From NCBI GenBank assembly GCA_032718475.1, contig JAUCBJ010007786.1, forward strand, positions 1-57,311: a DNA stretch of 57,311 nt, given 5' to 3'. The notes under the pieces were generated by a model. That model searched no databases, was not told the DNA's origin, and saw only the letters and a list, made by a program, of their open reading frames with translations. The stretch is from Nemertoderma westbladi. Lineage: Eukaryota > Animalia > Xenacoelomorpha. This document shows positions 34,903 to 47,905 of this stretch, one piece after another. Each line of letters starts with the position of its first letter. Position 1 is the stretch's first letter. Position numbers and translations under genes: made by a program.

Positions 34903-35703
34903 AATAATTATATAACATTAACATAGACGTGGTGCTGGTTATTGCTGTTTTGTAGCCTAGCTATGTCATGTCTGTCTCCTGTCTGTAGCTTAGGCCTATG
35001 TTATATTACTGCAGTACTGTATTACAGTCTGACAGTATACTGGTATATGTTCCCGGTCAGACTGGTCAGGTAAAATGTGCTAGGCGTACCGGTACATTCT
35101 GACATTCTTAGTGTTAAAAGTTGGTAATATCAGAATATCACATTTCAGCATTTCAGCATTTGAGGCGCAGTGGTAAGAATTTTTTGGTCGATTCCCCTAT
35201 GCCAGTCCCATGCCCGTGGCGAACCACTTACAGTTCACTGACTTATACTTTTTTTTCAAGATTTGATGATTCCCCTATCAGCCTATCTGTATATGTTCCC
35301 GGTCAGCTGGTCAGGTAGGCTAAAATGTGCTAGGCGTACCGGTACATTCTTAGTGTTAAAAGTTGGTAATATCACATTTCAGCATTTGAGGCGCAGTGGT
35401 AAGAATTTTTTTGGTCGATTCCCCTATCAGCCTATGCCAGTCCCATGCAGCCATGCCCGTCCTGGCTCCTGGCACCTGGGTACATAAGGCTGTAAGGTTA
35501 GAAATAACATGAATGTAAATTGTAAACTAAACAATATGCTAAAAGTAAAGTATAAAGTACCTAGAATGCTAGAATGTACCATTATATTCTAAGTACAGTA
35601 CAGTCAGTACACTGAAGATACATACAGAGCTGCTAAGGTAACTTTCCATAACTTAACAGCTGTCTGGCTGTCTCTCATCTGTCATGCTTCATGTACCTTT
35701 AAG

Positions 35704-35990
35704 TTCGATTCTCAATGTCACGTCCAAAATTGGACTTAAAGTCCAATATTGGACTTTTGTAAAAATTCAAAGCCTTATAAAAAAAGTTCCCCCTGGTGAA
35801 TTTCAGGTCCCCCTGTTCAAAACTCTTATTTTTTGATATATTTTCGATTAAAGAAAAAAAATCCCGCCCGATCCAATTACCCAAGGCCCTGGAACAATTG
35901 GCTGATTTGAAGTCCAATATTGGACTCACAGAAGTCCAATTTTGGACTTGAACTGGAGTCGAAGTCCAATTTTGGACTCAAGTCCAATTT
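35704..35990. mobile_element. Small MITE-like element built of AAGTCCAA(T/A)ATTGGACT palindromes
   Basis: Inverted, repeated motifs at both ends. Confidence 0.5.
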
Positions 35991-36610
35991 TTGACTTCTC
36001 ACCGACTGCCTATCAGCCTATGCCAGTCCCATGCCCGTGGCGAACCACTTATAATTTTTTTTCAAAATTTGATGATTCCCCTATCTGCCTATGGCCTATG
36101 CCCATGGCGATTGGCGAACCACTTACTGACTTATACTTTTTTCAAAAGTTTGTTGATTCAGCTACGTCCATAGCAAACCACTCATTTTCAAAGTTCGTTG
36201 CAGCGTTGATTCCTCTTTGCCCTTATTACTGTATTCAGGCAGTCAGGTATTAAGAAATCTAATCATGTGAAAGTTTATTTATTAACGTTTTATTTATTTA
36301 TTAATACAGTAATAGTAGTCAGGCCAGGCTGCAAACCACCACTGACAGTAGGGTTCCCTATCCCGATCGGGATATATAAGTATATCCCGAACGGGATATG
36401 CCCTTATAAGGTAATATATCCCGATCGGGATATGTCAATGTACATAACTGTCATTTACTACTGTATATTCTACTCTACTATATATGTAAAACTAGCCTAC
36501 AGTATATTTGGAAAACTAGAATGTCAATAAATATTATTAGAATGTGAAGTGAACAGCCCTACAGTTTGTTAATTACCGTACAGCTATGAGCTATATACTA
36601 TATAGGCTAG

Positions 36611-36673
36611 GTAAGTGTGCAGATATGAAAACAATATTTTTACTGACTCCGACTGTCTGACATAGGCCTATAG
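36611..36673 (+). other. Putative 63-nt 5'UTR intron of the WASP gene
   Basis: AG|GTAAGT donor, TACTGAC branch point (36641-36647), CTATAG acceptor 13 nt before the ATG. Confidence 0.55.
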
Positions 36674-36686
36674 GTTGGCTGGGCTG

Positions 36687-38264
36687 ATGCAATCGAGTAA
36701 TCTAATGAGGGTATCAGGGAATATCGGATCCAAAAAGTCCCTCTACCGAAACCAACCGGCGATACTGCTCAGCTGTGCAGAGAACCAACAGCTGTTAGAC
36801 CTGCTAGGTCCACTCGCAATCACCTTGGCGACTGCTGTGGTGCAGCTGTTTAAGGGATGTCGTCGCCAACTGATCTGGACGAAAGTCGGTTGTGGCGTTC
36901 TGTGTTTCGTCAGAGATGCTAAACGGAAGTCCTACTTCATCCGTCTTTACGATATCGTCCGAGGTTGTCTTCTCTTCGAACAGGAGTTGTATGTTCGATT
37001 CAAGTATTTTACTCCGCTTCAACAATTCCACACATTCGAGGCAACTTCCAACCAGATCGGGTTGAACTTTGCTAACATAGACGAGGCTCACAAGTTCCGT
37101 GACGCCGTCGTCAACAAAATCCTCGACTTTGAAGCCTACGCCGCTGCCAAACAGTCGGCTGCTGTTATAAGAAGTGCTGGAGATTCTAATAATGCAGCAA
37201 TCAAACAGCACGGCTCTTTGCGAGCCACTAAGTTGGACAGCGAGAGCGTCCTGGAGACGTTTATAAACCGCGGTTTCAGCAGGAAAAAACGAAAAAGGAC
37301 GAAGTTGTCAAAACATGAGATTGGCGCTCCAACTAACTTCGAACACAAAGTTCATATCGGTTGGGATTCCAATAAGATGGTTCGCTCGGGTGGTGACTGG
37401 GACAGTCTGGATAGCAGCGTGAAGAGTTTACTAACTGGGGCGGGACTGAATGAGGATGATCTAAAGGACAGAGGGACGTGGAAGCTAGTGGATGACTTCA
37501 TCAAGGCGAGCGGTGGGGTCGAGTCTGTAAAGCGCGACCACGAGTGGAGGCAGTCGCGTTTGGCGCTAAAGCGCATAGCGCCCCTTCCCCCAGCACCCTT
37601 CAAGGCCCCCCCACCCCCAGCACCCCTCACGGCACCCCCAGCACCCCTCACGGCACCCCCACCCCCCGGACCTGCCCGACCCATCCCGTCACCCCACCCG
37701 GGTGATGCCCAACCAGTCCCCGCTACCAGACGTCGGGCACCTCTGCCCCCCAGCGTCGCTGCCCCGGAGCCCCCCAGCTCCCGACGTCTCCCAAATGCGC
37801 CTACCTCCGCCCCACCGCCGCCCCCTCGCCCCGGGGTGTTGCCTACAGTGAACGAGCACCCAGTCCCGGCGCCACGCAGCCCGGTGGCACAACCTGCTCC
37901 CACCAGCATCCCACCGCCTCCTCTCTCCCTGCCCCCCAATGCCCCACACACAAACGCCCCACCCCCCAACACCTCTCGCAACGCCCTACTCGCCCAGATC
38001 CAGACCGGAATAGAACTCCGTAAACCTGACCAGCAGCGCCGTGGCAGTTACGTTTCCGAACATTCCACACTGATGACAGAGATCCGAGACGGAATCAGTC
38101 TGAAGTCGGTGGACGGAATATCGAACCAGTCGGAGTCAGAGACGGAGCCGGATGGGTTGGTGGGAGCATTAGCAAGGGTCCTGGCGTTGCGAAACAGAGC
38201 AGTTCATTCCAGTAGCGATGACGAGAGCAGTGGGGATGAATGGGAGGACGATGAGGATTGGTAG
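36687..38264 (+). CDS. WASL: WASP/N-WASP family actin nucleation-promoting factor, intronless CDS
   Basis: WH1 (TLATAVVQL..GVLCFVRD..RKSYFIRLYD..FEQELY..FHTFE..GLNFA), basic region, CRIB (IGAPTNFEHKVHIGWD), polyproline, two WH2, central (GLVGALARVL..R) and acidic DEW tail. Confidence 0.95.
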   Translation: MQSSNLMRVSGNIGSKKSLYRNQPAILLSCAENQQLLDLLGPLAITLATAVVQLFKGCRRQLIWTKVGCGVLCFVRDAKRKSYFIRLYDIVRGCLLFEQELYVRFKYFTPLQQFHTFEATSNQIGLNFANIDEAHKFRDAVVNKILDFEAYAAAKQSAAVIRSAGDSNNAAIKQHGSLRATKLDSESVLETFINRGFSRKKRKRTKLSKHEIGAPTNFEHKVHIGWDSNKMVRSGGDWDSLDSSVKSLLTGAGLNEDDLKDRGTWKLVDDFIKASGGVESVKRDHEWRQSRLALKRIAPLPPAPFKAPPPPAPLTAPPAPLTAPPPPGPARPIPSPHPGDAQPVPATRRRAPLPPSVAAPEPPSSRRLPNAPTSAPPPPPRPGVLPTVNEHPVPAPRSPVAQPAPTSIPPPPLSLPPNAPHTNAPPPNTSRNALLAQIQTGIELRKPDQQRRGSYVSEHSTLMTEIRDGISLKSVDGISNQSESETEPDGLVGALARVLALRNRAVHSSSDDESSGDEWEDDEDW

Positions 38265-38535
38265 GGAGGGAGGAGGATTGGTAGGGAGGGGAGGACGGGT
38301 TGGTGGGGGGGGGGGGGGGGCATGGCGTCTATCATCAGATCACGGCTGGTATGGGGAGGCTGGTAGTGGGGGGTAGTAGTGATGATTTGTAGTTGGTGTG
38401 GAATAAAGGGAGGTGCTCATTTCGGAGGAAACGTTACACTAATCTTATGTTCTTCTGGGGTTTTTTCTTTATATTGCTTGCGGTTTTATTATTCCTGGTG
38501 TTAATTAATTAGTTATATAATTGACAGTCGATATA

Positions 38536-39926
38536 CGGGGTGTCCCACAAAATTTGACGCGGTTTCGTTTTCAAATAACTCCGCTGCTCCTTAATATAAT
38601 TCGGGATTATTGGTATCATTAGAAAGCTAGAGTGCTAACGTAAAGAAATAAACTTGTTAGAAACAATTATGTTGCTATGGTAACCCCATGACGCAGTTCA
38701 TATATAAACAATGGTTTTCGAAAGGTTCATTAATAATTAATTTTAAGCATTATTTAATAAATTGTAGTTTGTTAAGGAATTACAGTAACTTAAGATTGCC
38801 ATTGATTTGGCTGTAAACCTCGATGTGTCCCCCGCCGACATTATGAGCCTTAGCCCGACTGCGGATTAGCCCAGTGTAGCAGTTCTGGAGGAGAGCAGTA
38901 GGTATAGATTGAAATGCAACACTAATTGCATGCAATTCGCAGTTCGATGAGGTAGGCAAGAGGCTGGATGTACACAATGTTCTTTAGATGACCTCACAAG
39001 TAAAAGTCACCGGGGGTTGGGACTTTCGGACGTTGACCTTAGGAGAGTCTCTAAAATGCTTCAATATTTTATGGGGTTTTATTTTTACGCCAAATGCGGC
39101 AGTTCCATCGATTAACGTGGCCATTCAGGTGGAATATGGCTTCGTCACTGAAGCTCTGAGTCATTGTTCTACAAAGTCTTAAGATATTTCTCCAGCGGCT
39201 ACAACTCTTGTGGGGCAATCTGAAGGTTTTAGACCGTGGATCATTTGAATTTTATATGGCTTTAATTTCCGTTTACTTCTGACCGTTTTCCAATTCTTTG
39301 GGTGCTACTTCGACTCAATTTTATTTAGGTGCAGCGGAGTTATTTGAATACGAAAACGGGTCAAATTTTATGAGATTTATTTGTTATTTGGTGTAACTTG
39401 TGTGTATAGTCTAGCTAAATCAAATCAAATACAGTATGACTAGTTCACAAATTAAAATTATTTTCCTAATGATACCAACATCACAAAACAATCTAGAAAT
39501 TTTCCAAAACATTCTTCAATGGCAATAATTGCAAATGTCTCATTCGTACCATATAAATTTTAATAAACGTGATAATGAAAGTGTCTGGAGCCACTAAAAG
39601 CAGGAGGTTTCCATTGCAACGAAATCATTCAACACCCATGGCAATCTTAAGTTAGTGTAATTCCTTAACAATCTAAAAAATTTTAAATGCTTTAAAATGC
39701 TTAAAATTTTTACGCTTAAAATTAATTATTAATTCACCTTTCGAAAACCATTGTTTATATATGAACTGCGTCATGGGGTTACCATAGCAACATAATTGTT
39801 TCTAACAAGTTTATTTCTTTAAGTTAGCACTCTAGCTTTCTAATGATACCAATAATCCCGAATTATATTAAGGAGCAGCGGAATTATTTGAAAACAAAAC
39901 CAAGTCAAATTTTGTGGGACACCCCA
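38536..39926 (-). mobile_element. Defective Tc1/mariner DNA transposon
   Basis: ~210-bp TIRs CGGGGTGTCCCACAAAATTTGAC / GTCAAATTTTGTGGGACACCCC, TA on both sides, transposase-like GGHIE remnant on the minus strand. Confidence 0.85.
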
Positions 39927-40415
39927 TATATTGCTTTATATTAATGCGGAACAATTTGCTCACTTATGTTCCAACTATTATTGGTTGGTACATCTTTACA
40001 ATTATTCGTGCAGTTCAATATTTTTTGCTATAATGTTTGTGGTTTTCCTATAACTCTCCCACTGGTAGTTCAATGTTGTACATTTCATTATTACAGAATT
40101 AACATATAAATTATTCTGGTCGATTTTTAACAATTATTCATTTACTTTAAGTTTTTCATATAAAGTTTTGTGTAAGTTGTTGGTGATATTTCGTGTTTAT
40201 TTGCATTCACTCTTTGTAAGGGCCGATTATATTTTCCTCTCAAATATTTAACAATATTAACAATTTAATTAACAATAAAATATTATATATCATCTGCCTT
40301 TCCGGAACGTCGGTAAATATTTTCCGAAATTGGTTACTTTTCATCACAAAAAGTTGGTAACAAATGTTATTAAGTATAAAGTGAATGACTAGGATACTTT
40401 TCACACGATGTTAGG

Positions 40416-40844
40416 ACAATTGAAGGGCTGGGCATAAAAAGGGCCTGTGACATTTTCTTATAATCAGAGTTATACTCATACAGAGGTCCTATGGGACCTA
40501 ACTTAACTGTAGAATCAGAGTTATACTCATACAGAGGTCCTATGGGACCTAACTTAACTGTAGAATCAGAGTTATACTCATACAGAGGTCCTATGGGACC
40601 TAACTTAACTTACCAATAAGGTTCTGAGATCATATGAACAATACTGCCTGATATATGCGAAACAATTTTTGAAAAAAAAAATTTTTAAAGTAAAGATTTT
40701 GAAGTACATCCCTTTACTTGCATGCAAAATAGAGAATGCCAACATCAAACTGTAATGTGTGGTTAAAAAAACGCAAAAGTGTGATTATCGCAGAATGACA
40801 CTTTTGTCACATGGGGCCTTTTTATGCTCAGCCCTTCAATTGTC
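40416..40844. mobile_element. MITE with an internal 51-bp triplication
   Basis: TIR GACAATTGAAGGGCTG.GCATAAAAA.GGCC / GGCCTTTTTATGCTCAGCCCTTCAATTGTC; repeat units start at 40462, 40513, 40564. Confidence 0.75.
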
Positions 40845-42360
40845 TGGACTCCTTTTCAGGCGGTTTAATATTTATCCGTTTGTGATCGATCGATCATCGA
40901 ACGTGATTGATTATTCATTAGTTTCATTTTCTGTAGTAATTCTCTGCTTGTTCTCTCACTTAGGGAGAAGTTTTATTGTAGAAACTTAAACACAATGTGT
41001 ATAGAATATATGGATATGATTTAATATTTTAGGTCGAACTGCTTCAGCTTGTATTTATTGTATTATATTGTCTTTCTATGTCTATATTGTAAAATAATCC
41101 CTGTAAACCTTATTTCTAGTATCTTTTACAATAATTATTTGGATAAAGTCTTTCGAGTTGGATTTATACTAATTGTGTTTATATTTTACTCTTATTTGAG
41201 TCATAAAGGCTAATCCCAATCCCAATCCCACACTGGATTGGATAGGATACTGTATCAATACCTTTATTTTAAATCTATAATATAATATTCTAAATCTGTA
41301 GAGAATTCTACTACATGCAATTCAATGTATTATTATTATTATTGTGCTCCGCTTTTTGCTGGTAATAGGTAATGTAGTTATATATATTTATAACATTGTT
41401 GGTTTTCTAGTGTGTTATTATTAATATTATAATAACTGAATATCTTCCATACATAACTCTCTGTACCAAAACTCTATAATAATAGTGCTAATATAATTAT
41501 TGTATTTAATAGGCTGTAAACATTTTATTTTTAAAACAAACGCGTTTACAGAGAGATACAACAACATTCAGTAATGTCAAAAATACAGAACAGATTGAAA
41601 CCTGTGCTAAACCAAGCATCACCCTGCAGAATACACCATCATGTTCCCGCGTGCTTCCGCAGTAATGCTGATCGATGTTCTCAATAATATTATGTCGTTA
41701 CCAATATTATTAGAATTAATCAACGAGCGTTACAAACGTTCATCCAACCGCTAAACGTTACGTATTTGGTAGTTATTGAAACAATATGGAACTTTAATAT
41801 TATCAGCGATAATATAGAAGTTAACGACCGCAGTGGTACAATTATTAAATGCAATATAATGTGCCAGAATGATAAATAATTCTTACTGCTGTTGTGAATA
41901 CGAATTGTAATTAACGAAACATTTCAACTATTGTATTTTAGTTACACTTGTGTGTAAAAATAGCACTTTAGTGTTCTGATCTGAGTAGTTGTTACACGAA
42001 CGAGCGTAGTGAGTGAGTGCAAAGAAAAAATTACGAGACATAGTATGGTAACATTACGAATCTAGTGTTAATTACAAACCGCTGGAACTGTTCTTGTTAT
42101 AAAAGTGTCAAATTTTGGTGGAATTTTTTAAATTTTATTATAGGAAATAAAAAGATCTAAAATAAATCCAAAAGGTTAATTTACTGCAAAGCCTAATATG
42201 AGCCTTTACTATTTGAGCCGGTAAAGCCTGGTTGATGGCTATTAGTTGGTGGGGTGGTAGCTGTATTTATATTTATTAATGATAATTGATTTGCTGAGGT
42301 GTTTGCCGGCTCAGTTTCTATTGTAAAGATAGTCGTCGGCTGAGTTCATCAGAGCTGTAA

Positions 42361-42653
42361 GGGGCCGTCCAAGTATGACGTCAGCACTTTAGGGGGGGAG
42401 GGGGTCAGCCAAAATCTGACGTCAGCATGCTTATTTATAGGTGCTAGAAGAGATATAGCAGACGAGTAAATAGCTTGCCTATTTTAATTGTTTGAAGTCC
42501 CCGAAGGCCCGTAGCACGACCTTCTGTTTCAGTTATCAGTCACCATGTTTCAGTGATTAGGACGCGAAAATTTTTTTTAATCTGATTTAGGGGAGGGGGG
42601 GGGGCGGTCAACATTTTGGGGGAAAAGTGCAGACGTCATACTTGGACGGCCCC
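42361..42653. mobile_element. MITE with TAA target duplication (PIF/Harbinger- or Zator-like)
   Basis: Perfect 22-bp TIR GGGGCCGTCCAAGTATGACGTC, TAA on each side. Confidence 0.85.
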
Positions 42654-43475
42654 TAAAGTCAACATTACTTCGCTATTGTTTATTTACAGCGCGATTGCTA
42701 TCCTCTATGTGATACAATAAATATGTGATCTTAACAACTCGATGTTAATAGTAAAGGCGTTAAGGGAGATTATCTGATAATTAATACAGTGAATTTATTT
42801 GAAGAAGAATCACTGAAGATAATAAATACCCCGGATAGGATATTCCCGTAGATTTTCCCACGGGGTGGGTTCAATTTCGTTCAAAATCTTAACATCTAGG
42901 AAGGTGGGGGGGATGCTGTAAGGTCTGTATATTTATTTATTATGTATCTTTATTATCTCCGACCCATAAAGATGGTAAGAAAATAAATATTTCTACCAGA
43001 TTCGTCGGTTTTTTATTTTATTTGGCAGTTTAAGAAACAAAAAGTTAAACTTAAAGAGATCTTCCTAACCAAAACCAAATTAAATATTATTAATAAAAAT
43101 AATAATAGATAAAAGCACCTGGGAGATGAATTATATTTACATTCGATGGTCTAGATTATCGATATATCGGTCGGTAATTAATATATTTTGAAAAATAAAG
43201 AAAAAATCTACAACCCGATCCGGTGCCCTAAAACGGATAAAATTTCCAACAAAGTTTCATCCGCTTTATTTACTTATGTTACTGGTATTACAATATCGTT
43301 AGAGCAAACAGTCAATATATATATTGCGGTAAAATAGAAAGTTACAACTCGTGTACCGGTAAACTAACTTTATTGTCATGGAGGTAGAAATGATTAACTA
43401 CACTAACCGAAGTAGAGTTGATCAGCGGAGTCTCTTAATGAAAATTTATGGGAAATTTAAGCGACTATTATTTTA

Positions 43476-44027
43476 TTACAAATAATCGTCAGCGCATTGG
43501 GTAGTGACGTCATCCGAGGCGTCACTAAACTCCGATAGCGAGGGCGAGGAACGTTGAATTCGTCTTCGAGGAACAGAAAGGGGGTGGAACACCGAAGGAA
43601 CCAGTCGGGTCTGCAGTCGGCTCGAGAGCTTGAACTGCGGACACAGTTGTCTCGCGGAATCCGTGTGCGGAGTTCCGGTCCCGAAATCCGCGTCTCCGAA
43701 GAGGTTCTCGTCGTTGAGTTGCTTCGCCCAGGCTTGGCACTCAGACTCCCAGTCCTCCGAGACAAATCCGGAACTGGATTGGCTGGTGGCGTCGCCACGC
43801 GGCTGTGGCGGCTCATCTTCCGTGTCGCTGGAGTCCCCGAAGTAACGCCGACTCGGGAAGTCTCCTTGTTCGTCGGACATCGGCGAGTCGCACCGGAGTG
43901 CGTTGGGACTCGATAGTTCCGACTTCGCGGTGACGGCAGTTGTTATGGGTACAGGTAACAGACCGTTTAATCTGGTTTTGGAAACGGGCGATCCTTCTTG
44001 TGGAACCGTCGGCATATCCACGGGCAA
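43476..44027 (-). CDS. Unidentified Ser/Pro/acidic ORF (possible terminal exon or small single-exon gene)
   Basis: GC-rich island in AT-rich DNA with a 183-codon open frame; no recognised domain. Confidence 0.4.
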   Translation of the reverse strand: MPVDMPTVPQEGSPVSKTRLNGLLPVPITTAVTAKSELSSPNALRCDSPMSDEQGDFPSRRYFGDSSDTEDEPPQPRGDATSQSSSGFVSEDWESECQAWAKQLNDENLFGDADFGTGTPHTDSARQLCPQFKLSSRLQTRLVPSVFHPLSVPRRRIQRSSPSLSEFSDASDDVTTQCADDYL

Positions 44028-44263
44028 CGCCGCAACGGTCTAATTCCGGAACTCGCACCGGTACGGTAATAGTATTGGGTTGGTGGAACTTAAGTTCTAC
44101 ACATAAACCAGTAAACCGAAGGGTAATTTAGGGCTTTACTTCAGCATCAGCAGTTAACTAGTTAACATGGCAGGTCAGCTGGGGAGGGAGTTGTTAGACG
44201 AGGCTGGCAGCTGGAGGCCTATACAGCTATACCGGTACCTGTATACAGCTATATCAGTACCGG

Positions 44264-45174
44264 TGTAACAGGAAAATATGCCCCCCCGGGAAATGTGCCC
44301 GGGGGGGGCATATTTTCCTAGGAAAAAATGCCCCCCCGGGCAAATTTTCCTAGGAAAAAATGCCCCCCCTTAGGAAATTATGCCCCCCCCCTGAATTATA
44401 CAATAAACAAAACTTATTACTACTAAAACTTACAAAAATTATACAAAACAATAAACAGTCACTTTACCAAATGAAGGAAAGGAGCAGGTTACAGAAGCAG
44501 GCCTTTCTAACCAAAACAATAAACGATCATTTAACTAATTGAGGGAAAGGAGCAGGTTACAGAGGCGGGATTTTCTAACCAAAACAATAAACAGTCACTT
44601 TAGCAAATCAGGGAAAGGAGCAGGTTACAGAGACGGGATTTTCTAACCAAAACAATAAACGATAACATTACCTTGAGAGAAAGGAGCAGGTTACAGAGGC
44701 GGGATTTTCTAACCAAAACAATAAACAATCACTTTACCAAATCAGGGAAAGGAGTATGGTTACAGACTTAAAAAAGCTTGGAGCTGCTCGGCGCCCACAC
44801 AACACCACACACTCGCACTGCTGTTATACCAGTACTTACTACAGTAGCCTACTGACTTAGATACTTCAGTATGCTGTTCTACATCCCTTACTGCCTTACC
44901 TGCTTACCTACCGGCAGACCGGTACCGTACTATTCTTCCAACTATTACAAGTTCTGCAGTTGGTAGATTAAAAGTGGCTACCAGCAGACCGGTATCGTAC
45001 CAGTTTTCAGACTTTTGAGGGGGGCTAATTTTCCTGAGGGGAGGCATTATTTCCTAAGGAGAAAATGCCCCCCCGGGCTAAATTTCCTAGGAAAAATTGC
45101 CCGGGGGGACATAATATCCTAGGAAATAATGCCCCGGGGGGCATATTCTAGGGGGGGCTGATTTCCTTGTGACA
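44264..45174. mobile_element. Non-autonomous TIR element, Ginger1-like (TGT...ACA, CCGG TSD), with an internal ~68-bp tandem array
   Basis: CCGG|TGTAACAGGAAA ... TTTCCTTGTGACA|CCGG; subterminal CCTAGGAAA/poly-C/G repeats; array ~44445-44765. Confidence 0.75.
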
Positions 45175-45487
45175 CCGGTATATAATTTAATTATAAAGTA
45201 AGTCCGTTCTATTTGGAGTTAATTTAGTATCTGCATCTGACAGCTGGAAGGTGGAAGGTAATTATAATAATTTTTGTTTATTGCAGTCAAATTGAATATT
45301 GTGACTTACGGCCTTTCTACATTGCATATCTCGAGAACTAGATTAAATACGGTGTTCTCGATTATACCAATAGGTAGAGCGCATTTTTTAGACCCAGAAA
45401 AGGTGAATTTTTGAAAAATACGACTTAGGTCTTCTCACATTGCACGGCAGAATTCACAGTTTTATTTAAATAAAAAACAATACATAA

Positions 45488-45559
45488 TCCGAGGGTGGTA
45501 TCGAACCCAGATCATGGGTCATAAGCTACGCAATAATTAACCACTACACCGTGGAGCCA
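45488..45559 (-). mobile_element. tRNA-like SINE head
   Basis: Minus-strand CGGTGTAGTGG (A box) and GGTTCGATACC (B box); no convincing cloverleaf. Confidence 0.45.
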
Positions 45560-46820
45560 TTATAACTCTATTATACCAATTTCGACAAACTTCCCGAAGC
45601 ATACGGTATGCTACGGGAACTGTGGAGAATATGTACACATACGCGTTAAGCACATACCCTTTAATACTAAGTGTAGGCCTATTGGCATACGGAACCGTAG
45701 CCTTTTAAATTACTTTAATTAGAAACATTATATTCAAGGTTACGGCCGGGTAGCCCAATATGCTGTAACACTTAAATTGTAATGTAACTTTGATTTGATA
45801 TTCTAGTTTTTTAGAAGAAAGTCAAAATAAAAGTAATACACTATAATGGATTATTTATATCTACTGTACCTACAGTTGTTTTGATGAATAAACTTATGAT
45901 TTCAATTAGCCGGTAAAGTTAATTTTTATAAGTAGTATGAAGTCAAGGATCTGAACCTAATATATTATTTTTATTCCTAATAATTGGTACTTTTTCGCTC
46001 GAATTTACCCCAAAATCGGGGGATCATTTTCCCTAGGGAGAAAAAAGAAACCCATAGGATTGCATTGATTTTACTTTTTTTCCTGGCGAAAAAAAAGTAA
46101 AATTAAATATTTTCAGTGAATTTCTTAAATTTTATGAAATATGTTGAAAGAGCATCGGCGTGGAAAAGGTTTGCACGTAATTTGAGCGAAATCCATTCAC
46201 ACACTCAAAAGTTATTGCGACTTTAATGTCTTCGCGTCGTAACTCCAAAACGGAACTCAATATCCAATATTGGTTTAGGTACGTACAGTACATGTAGTTA
46301 AGCGGCTCCCTAGTTACGTAATAAATACTCGAGAACACTAAATCATTTAACATTGAGTAAGGCAGCATCAGGAGTTGAAGAGTATAATAATTGGAATTAC
46401 AGTAACTATGGAAGCAATAGTAAAATAACTCTAGCTCAATTTATTTTGTAAGACGATATCGCTGTACGTTTTATTAAAGAATTAAGCCACAATAAAGTAG
46501 CCTACCAATTTAAGAATAAAATTACGTATTACATGGGAAAAAAACGTTGACATTTTTTTTTAATATTCTATCGACCCTTTAATAACTTTGCTGACGCTCA
46601 ATAAATAAAATGCCTCGAGAATAGTGAAAAAAACTTTTTTCTCATGTCATAAATAATTGTATTTAGTTATGTGTCCTATTTAATAAGACGATAATAACAA
46701 TAATATTTTAATGGTATTACATTTAAGGGTCGTAAGTGGTTAATTTCTATATGTGCCAAAAAAGATCTTAATTAAAATAGTTTCTTGAAGCGACAGTGTT
46801 GAGCCTGTCGTACTGATGGG

Positions 46821-47707
46821 TACTGGTTCAGTATGCGTACACCCCCCACCAAATTTTTTATACGAATTAGTTTTTGATAATTTCTCTTTTTGGAATGTTC
46901 TAGAACATGTTAGCTATTAGTTTATAAAAAATAATGTTCTAGAACAAATATTTTCATTCTGGGACATCTTTTTAGAAATAAACAAGATTTGTATTAAAAT
47001 CTTATGAGTTCAAAAAGAATATTATTAATAATAACAATAAATTATTAATATTAGTTTGTTTATCGTTATATCAACAATATTTAGCATTTTAATGATTCTC
47101 TGGAAACGTTATTCTCTTTTATAAAAACTAGATAGTCCTATGCACTATGTATGTGCCAATTTGTGCGTAGAAAACGTTCTGGATACTAGAAGCTTATTCA
47201 GTAGGCCCTATGTGTCTCACATTGTTATGTATTGGGTACCTACTTTTTGATATATTTTTTTATAGCTTTTATCATAACATTTTGACCTTCTGAATCTAAG
47301 ATAGTAGCTAGTAATTTTGATTTGGTGTTAGCTAGTATTTTATTTTAGCTAGTGAAAAAATAAAAATTAAAAATTTGAAAAAAATATTGACCACTTTTTT
47401 AACTGTGTAAATTGCATTTATCGTTGCTTTTATTATTTATTAGCTACCGGTACCATTAAATTTACTAGCTATCATCATAATTTAATTAAATAATTTCAAA
47501 ATATTAAAAAAATCTATTTTACTTCCTTGCTTTTCCATCCCATGCTTTTTAAATACCAACTAGGCTTTTGTTTAAAAAATGTTTTAGAACATTAATTTTT
47601 TCAAAATAAATAGCTAACATGTTCTGGTACATTTCAAAAAAAGAAATTATCAACAACTAGCTAGTAGATAAAATTTGGTGTGGGGTGTACGCATACTGAA
47701 CCAGTAC
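46821..47707. mobile_element. Foldback/MITE with long TIRs
   Basis: TACTGGTTCAGTATGCGTACACCCC / GGGGTGTACGCATACTGAACCAGTA; GTTCTAGAAC motifs. Confidence 0.8.
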
Positions 47708-47905
47708 CATACTGATACAGGGAGAGAGTTTCAGACCTCTGGGCCCATTTACAGAAGTCATATATATAATTCCATTTAATTAAAACAACTAAATATTGAA
47801 AACAACAACGAGATTCCATTAAAAAAATACTAGCTACCAATTTCAATATATAATTACCAAAATGTAAAGTAAAAATTGGTCTGGAGTGTCGGTATGGCGA
47901 AGTGG

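Noticed and set aside
37352-37981. Gly-rich antisense ORF
   Set aside because: Shadow of the WASP polyproline region.
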